NCBI GenBank assembly: GCA_003482455.1
Contig: DMYW01000053.1
Span: 7,448 to 71,447 of the forward strand
Length of the DNA: 64,000 nt
DNA from: Rheinheimera sp.
Lineage (GTDB): Bacteria; Pseudomonadota; Gammaproteobacteria; Enterobacterales; Alteromonadaceae
Direction: 5' to 3'
In this document: in pieces, positions 62,645 to 64,000 of the stretch
Position numbering within the stretch: the first letter of the stretch is position 1
How the letters are laid out: the number at the start of each line of letters is the position of its first letter
Translations under genes and position numbers: made by a program
The notes under the pieces: generated by a model
What the model was told of the DNA's origin: nothing
Database searches by the model: none
The model's input: the letters and a program-made list of their open reading frames with translations, nothing else

Positions 62645-63559
62645 TTAACTGAGCATGCCTAACAAGCCGGTGGCGGCGTTTTTATTGTTGCCGCTGATGC
62701 CTGCGAGTTGGTTTTTCATTTGTTCGCCGGCTTTTTGCGCTTGGGCTATGGCTTGATCGCGCAGTTTTTGTTGCTCTTCGGTCAGTTTCGAATCGGTCGC
62801 TTTAGCTTTGCTGCTGTCGGTTTTACTAGTGACTGTGTCACTGGCGGTGCCTTGCGCTTTGGCGATATCTAACCGGTTACTTAAACTGGCACCATCTTTG
62901 GCCAGGCGGGTGGCCGTGTCGAGCGTGGATTTTTGCGCGTTAGCGAGGCTGCCGACCTTTTTCTCGTCGCCTGAGAGCAGCGTTTTGGCATCGGCGGCGG
63001 AGCCGATTTTTTCGGGCAAGCCCAAAGCCTTGGCGCTGGCGCTACTAGCGACTTCTTGTTCGCCGCCGCGACCATTGGTCGATACGGTTTGGCCTTTTTT
63101 ATCGGTCAATAAATTAACTTTGTTATCGCCATTTTTGACGGTGGCTTTGTCTTGCGCCGCAATAATGCCGTCACGCAACTTGCTGTATTGCGCCTGTAAT
63201 TCTTCGCGTTTTTTGCTGTCGAGCGTGTCGTCCGCCAATTGCGTTGCGACATCTTTGACCTTTTTCAACTGCTCGCCAATGGATGCATTGGCTTTACTGG
63301 CGGCATCAACCGCAGTTTTGCCTTGCGACAAGCTTTGTTGAACCGTGATGCTGCGCTGCTCTTTGGTTGATTGGGTCTGGGTGGACTGGGTCTGTGTTGA
63401 CTGCGTCTGGCTGGCTTGGGTTTGACTAGAACTTGAGGTACTGCTGGAACTACTGCTCGTGTCGGCGGCTTTTGCCTTCGCTTGCGCTTGCTGATTGGCA
63501 GCGATGGATTGCTCTTTCAGCGATGAGCTGTAGTTGTAAGTTGAGTTTACAGTGGCCAT
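62645..63559 (-). CDS. Degenerate flagellin-like protein
   Basis: SLSQGKTAVDAA...IGEQLKKVKDVATQLADDTLDSKKREELQAQY..LRD.I...AT..NG...VNLL is a flagellin N-terminal D1 pattern; ends LLGMLS; S/T/Q-rich N-terminal linker; GGAG RBS before 63559. Confidence 0.7.
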   Translation of the reverse strand: MATVNSTYNYSSSLKEQSIAANQQAQAKAKAADTSSSSSSTSSSSQTQASQTQSTQTQSTQTQSTKEQRSITVQQSLSQGKTAVDAASKANASIGEQLKKVKDVATQLADDTLDSKKREELQAQYSKLRDGIIAAQDKATVKNGDNKVNLLTDKKGQTVSTNGRGGEQEVASSASAKALGLPEKIGSAADAKTLLSGDEKKVGSLANAQKSTLDTATRLAKDGASLSNRLDIAKAQGTASDTVTSKTDSSKAKATDSKLTEEQQKLRDQAIAQAQKAGEQMKNQLAGISGNNKNAATGLLGMLS

Positions 63560-63728
63560 GATCAGGCTCCAACAGGCGGAAAATAGCTTGAGTGTATCGC
63601 AGTTTGGCTGATTTTTCCGCAGCACGCGGCAAAAAGTTGCCACTGCTGTGGCTCCAAGCGCAAGCGTTCTGGTGGTAACAGGTTGATAAATCGACGAAAT
63701 CTTGCCATGCATCAGCAAACGGCGGGCA

Positions 63729-63756
63729 ATAAAAAACTCGCCGCAGCGAGTTTTTA
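63729..63756 (-). terminator. Intrinsic terminator
   Basis: ATAAAAAACTCGC-CGCA-GCGAGTTTTTAT. Confidence 0.85.
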
Positions 63757-63766
63757 TCAGAGGCGG

Positions 63767-64000
63767 TTACATCTCAATGTACTGCGGCCAGCCTAGCAAC
63801 GGGTTGGCCATGCCGTGTTTGTGCTCAAACGCGTCTAGTTTTTCTGGCGAGGCATCTTGTTGCGCCAGTTCGCGGTATTTCTTCGCAAACTGCAAGGTTT
63901 TCAGCAGAGCCGGTGCGAAATTGCTACCTAAGTCGGCGCGAATGGCGTCGCGAATACCTGCTGGTAAGTCGGCCAGTGTCGCTTCGGTTTGCAGCTGCAA
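63767..64000 (-). CDS. 3' end of an unidentified CDS (starts beyond window)
   Basis: Open frame to the window edge, stop followed by a terminator; family not recognised. Confidence 0.65.
   Translation of the reverse strand: MQLQTEATLADLPAGIRDAIRADLGSNFAPALLKTLQFAKKYRELAQQDASPEKLDAFEHKHGMANPLLGWPQYIEM

Noticed and set aside
63627..63643. Sigma-54 promoter for the flagellin-like gene (TGGCAACTTTTTGC on minus)
   Set aside because: GG-to-GC spacing is 9 nt, not the required 10; no convincing sigma-28 site either

Overview
64 kb of a gammaproteobacterial chromosome. Gene content and protein style suggest a Rheinheimera/Alishewanella/Alteromonadales-like organism (inference). The window opens with core genes: the 3' end of secY, rpmJ, and the alpha operon rpsM-rpsK-rpsD-rpoA-rplQ with its S4 pseudoknot leader. 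About 60 kb of accessory genes follow: a DUF4105-type protein, an HTH-less NadR, a glycosyltransferase, a CusRS-like two-component system with a heavy-metal RND operon, two porin + small binding-protein pairs, a UbiA prenyltransferase, a cytochrome c, a FliA-dependent MCP, a LysR-gcdH-fused E1 alpha/beta-FabD-like operon, SSS and AbgT transporters, a PhaZ7-like hydrolase, a stand-alone malate synthase G insertion domain opposite an XRE regulator, mdtABC, two tandem Asp-box lipoproteins, a ZapA paralog and a Zur-boxed COG0523 GTPase. The mosaic right end holds a FlaF-like gene, a degenerate flagellin-like gene, REP-like GTGGGTGTCCAC repeats and a LytTR pseudogene. I saw no rRNA, tRNA, CRISPR array, integrase or transposase. 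Best leads: (1) a 2-oxoacid-to-glutaryl-CoA operon with no E2 and an atypical FabD-fold acyltransferase; (2) an alphaproteobacterial-style FlaF + flagellin-like pair; (3) the stand-alone MSG-insertion protein with its regulator; (4) repeated porin/binding-protein modules; (5) several candidate structured RNAs. All family calls come from motif recognition by eye, not database searches.
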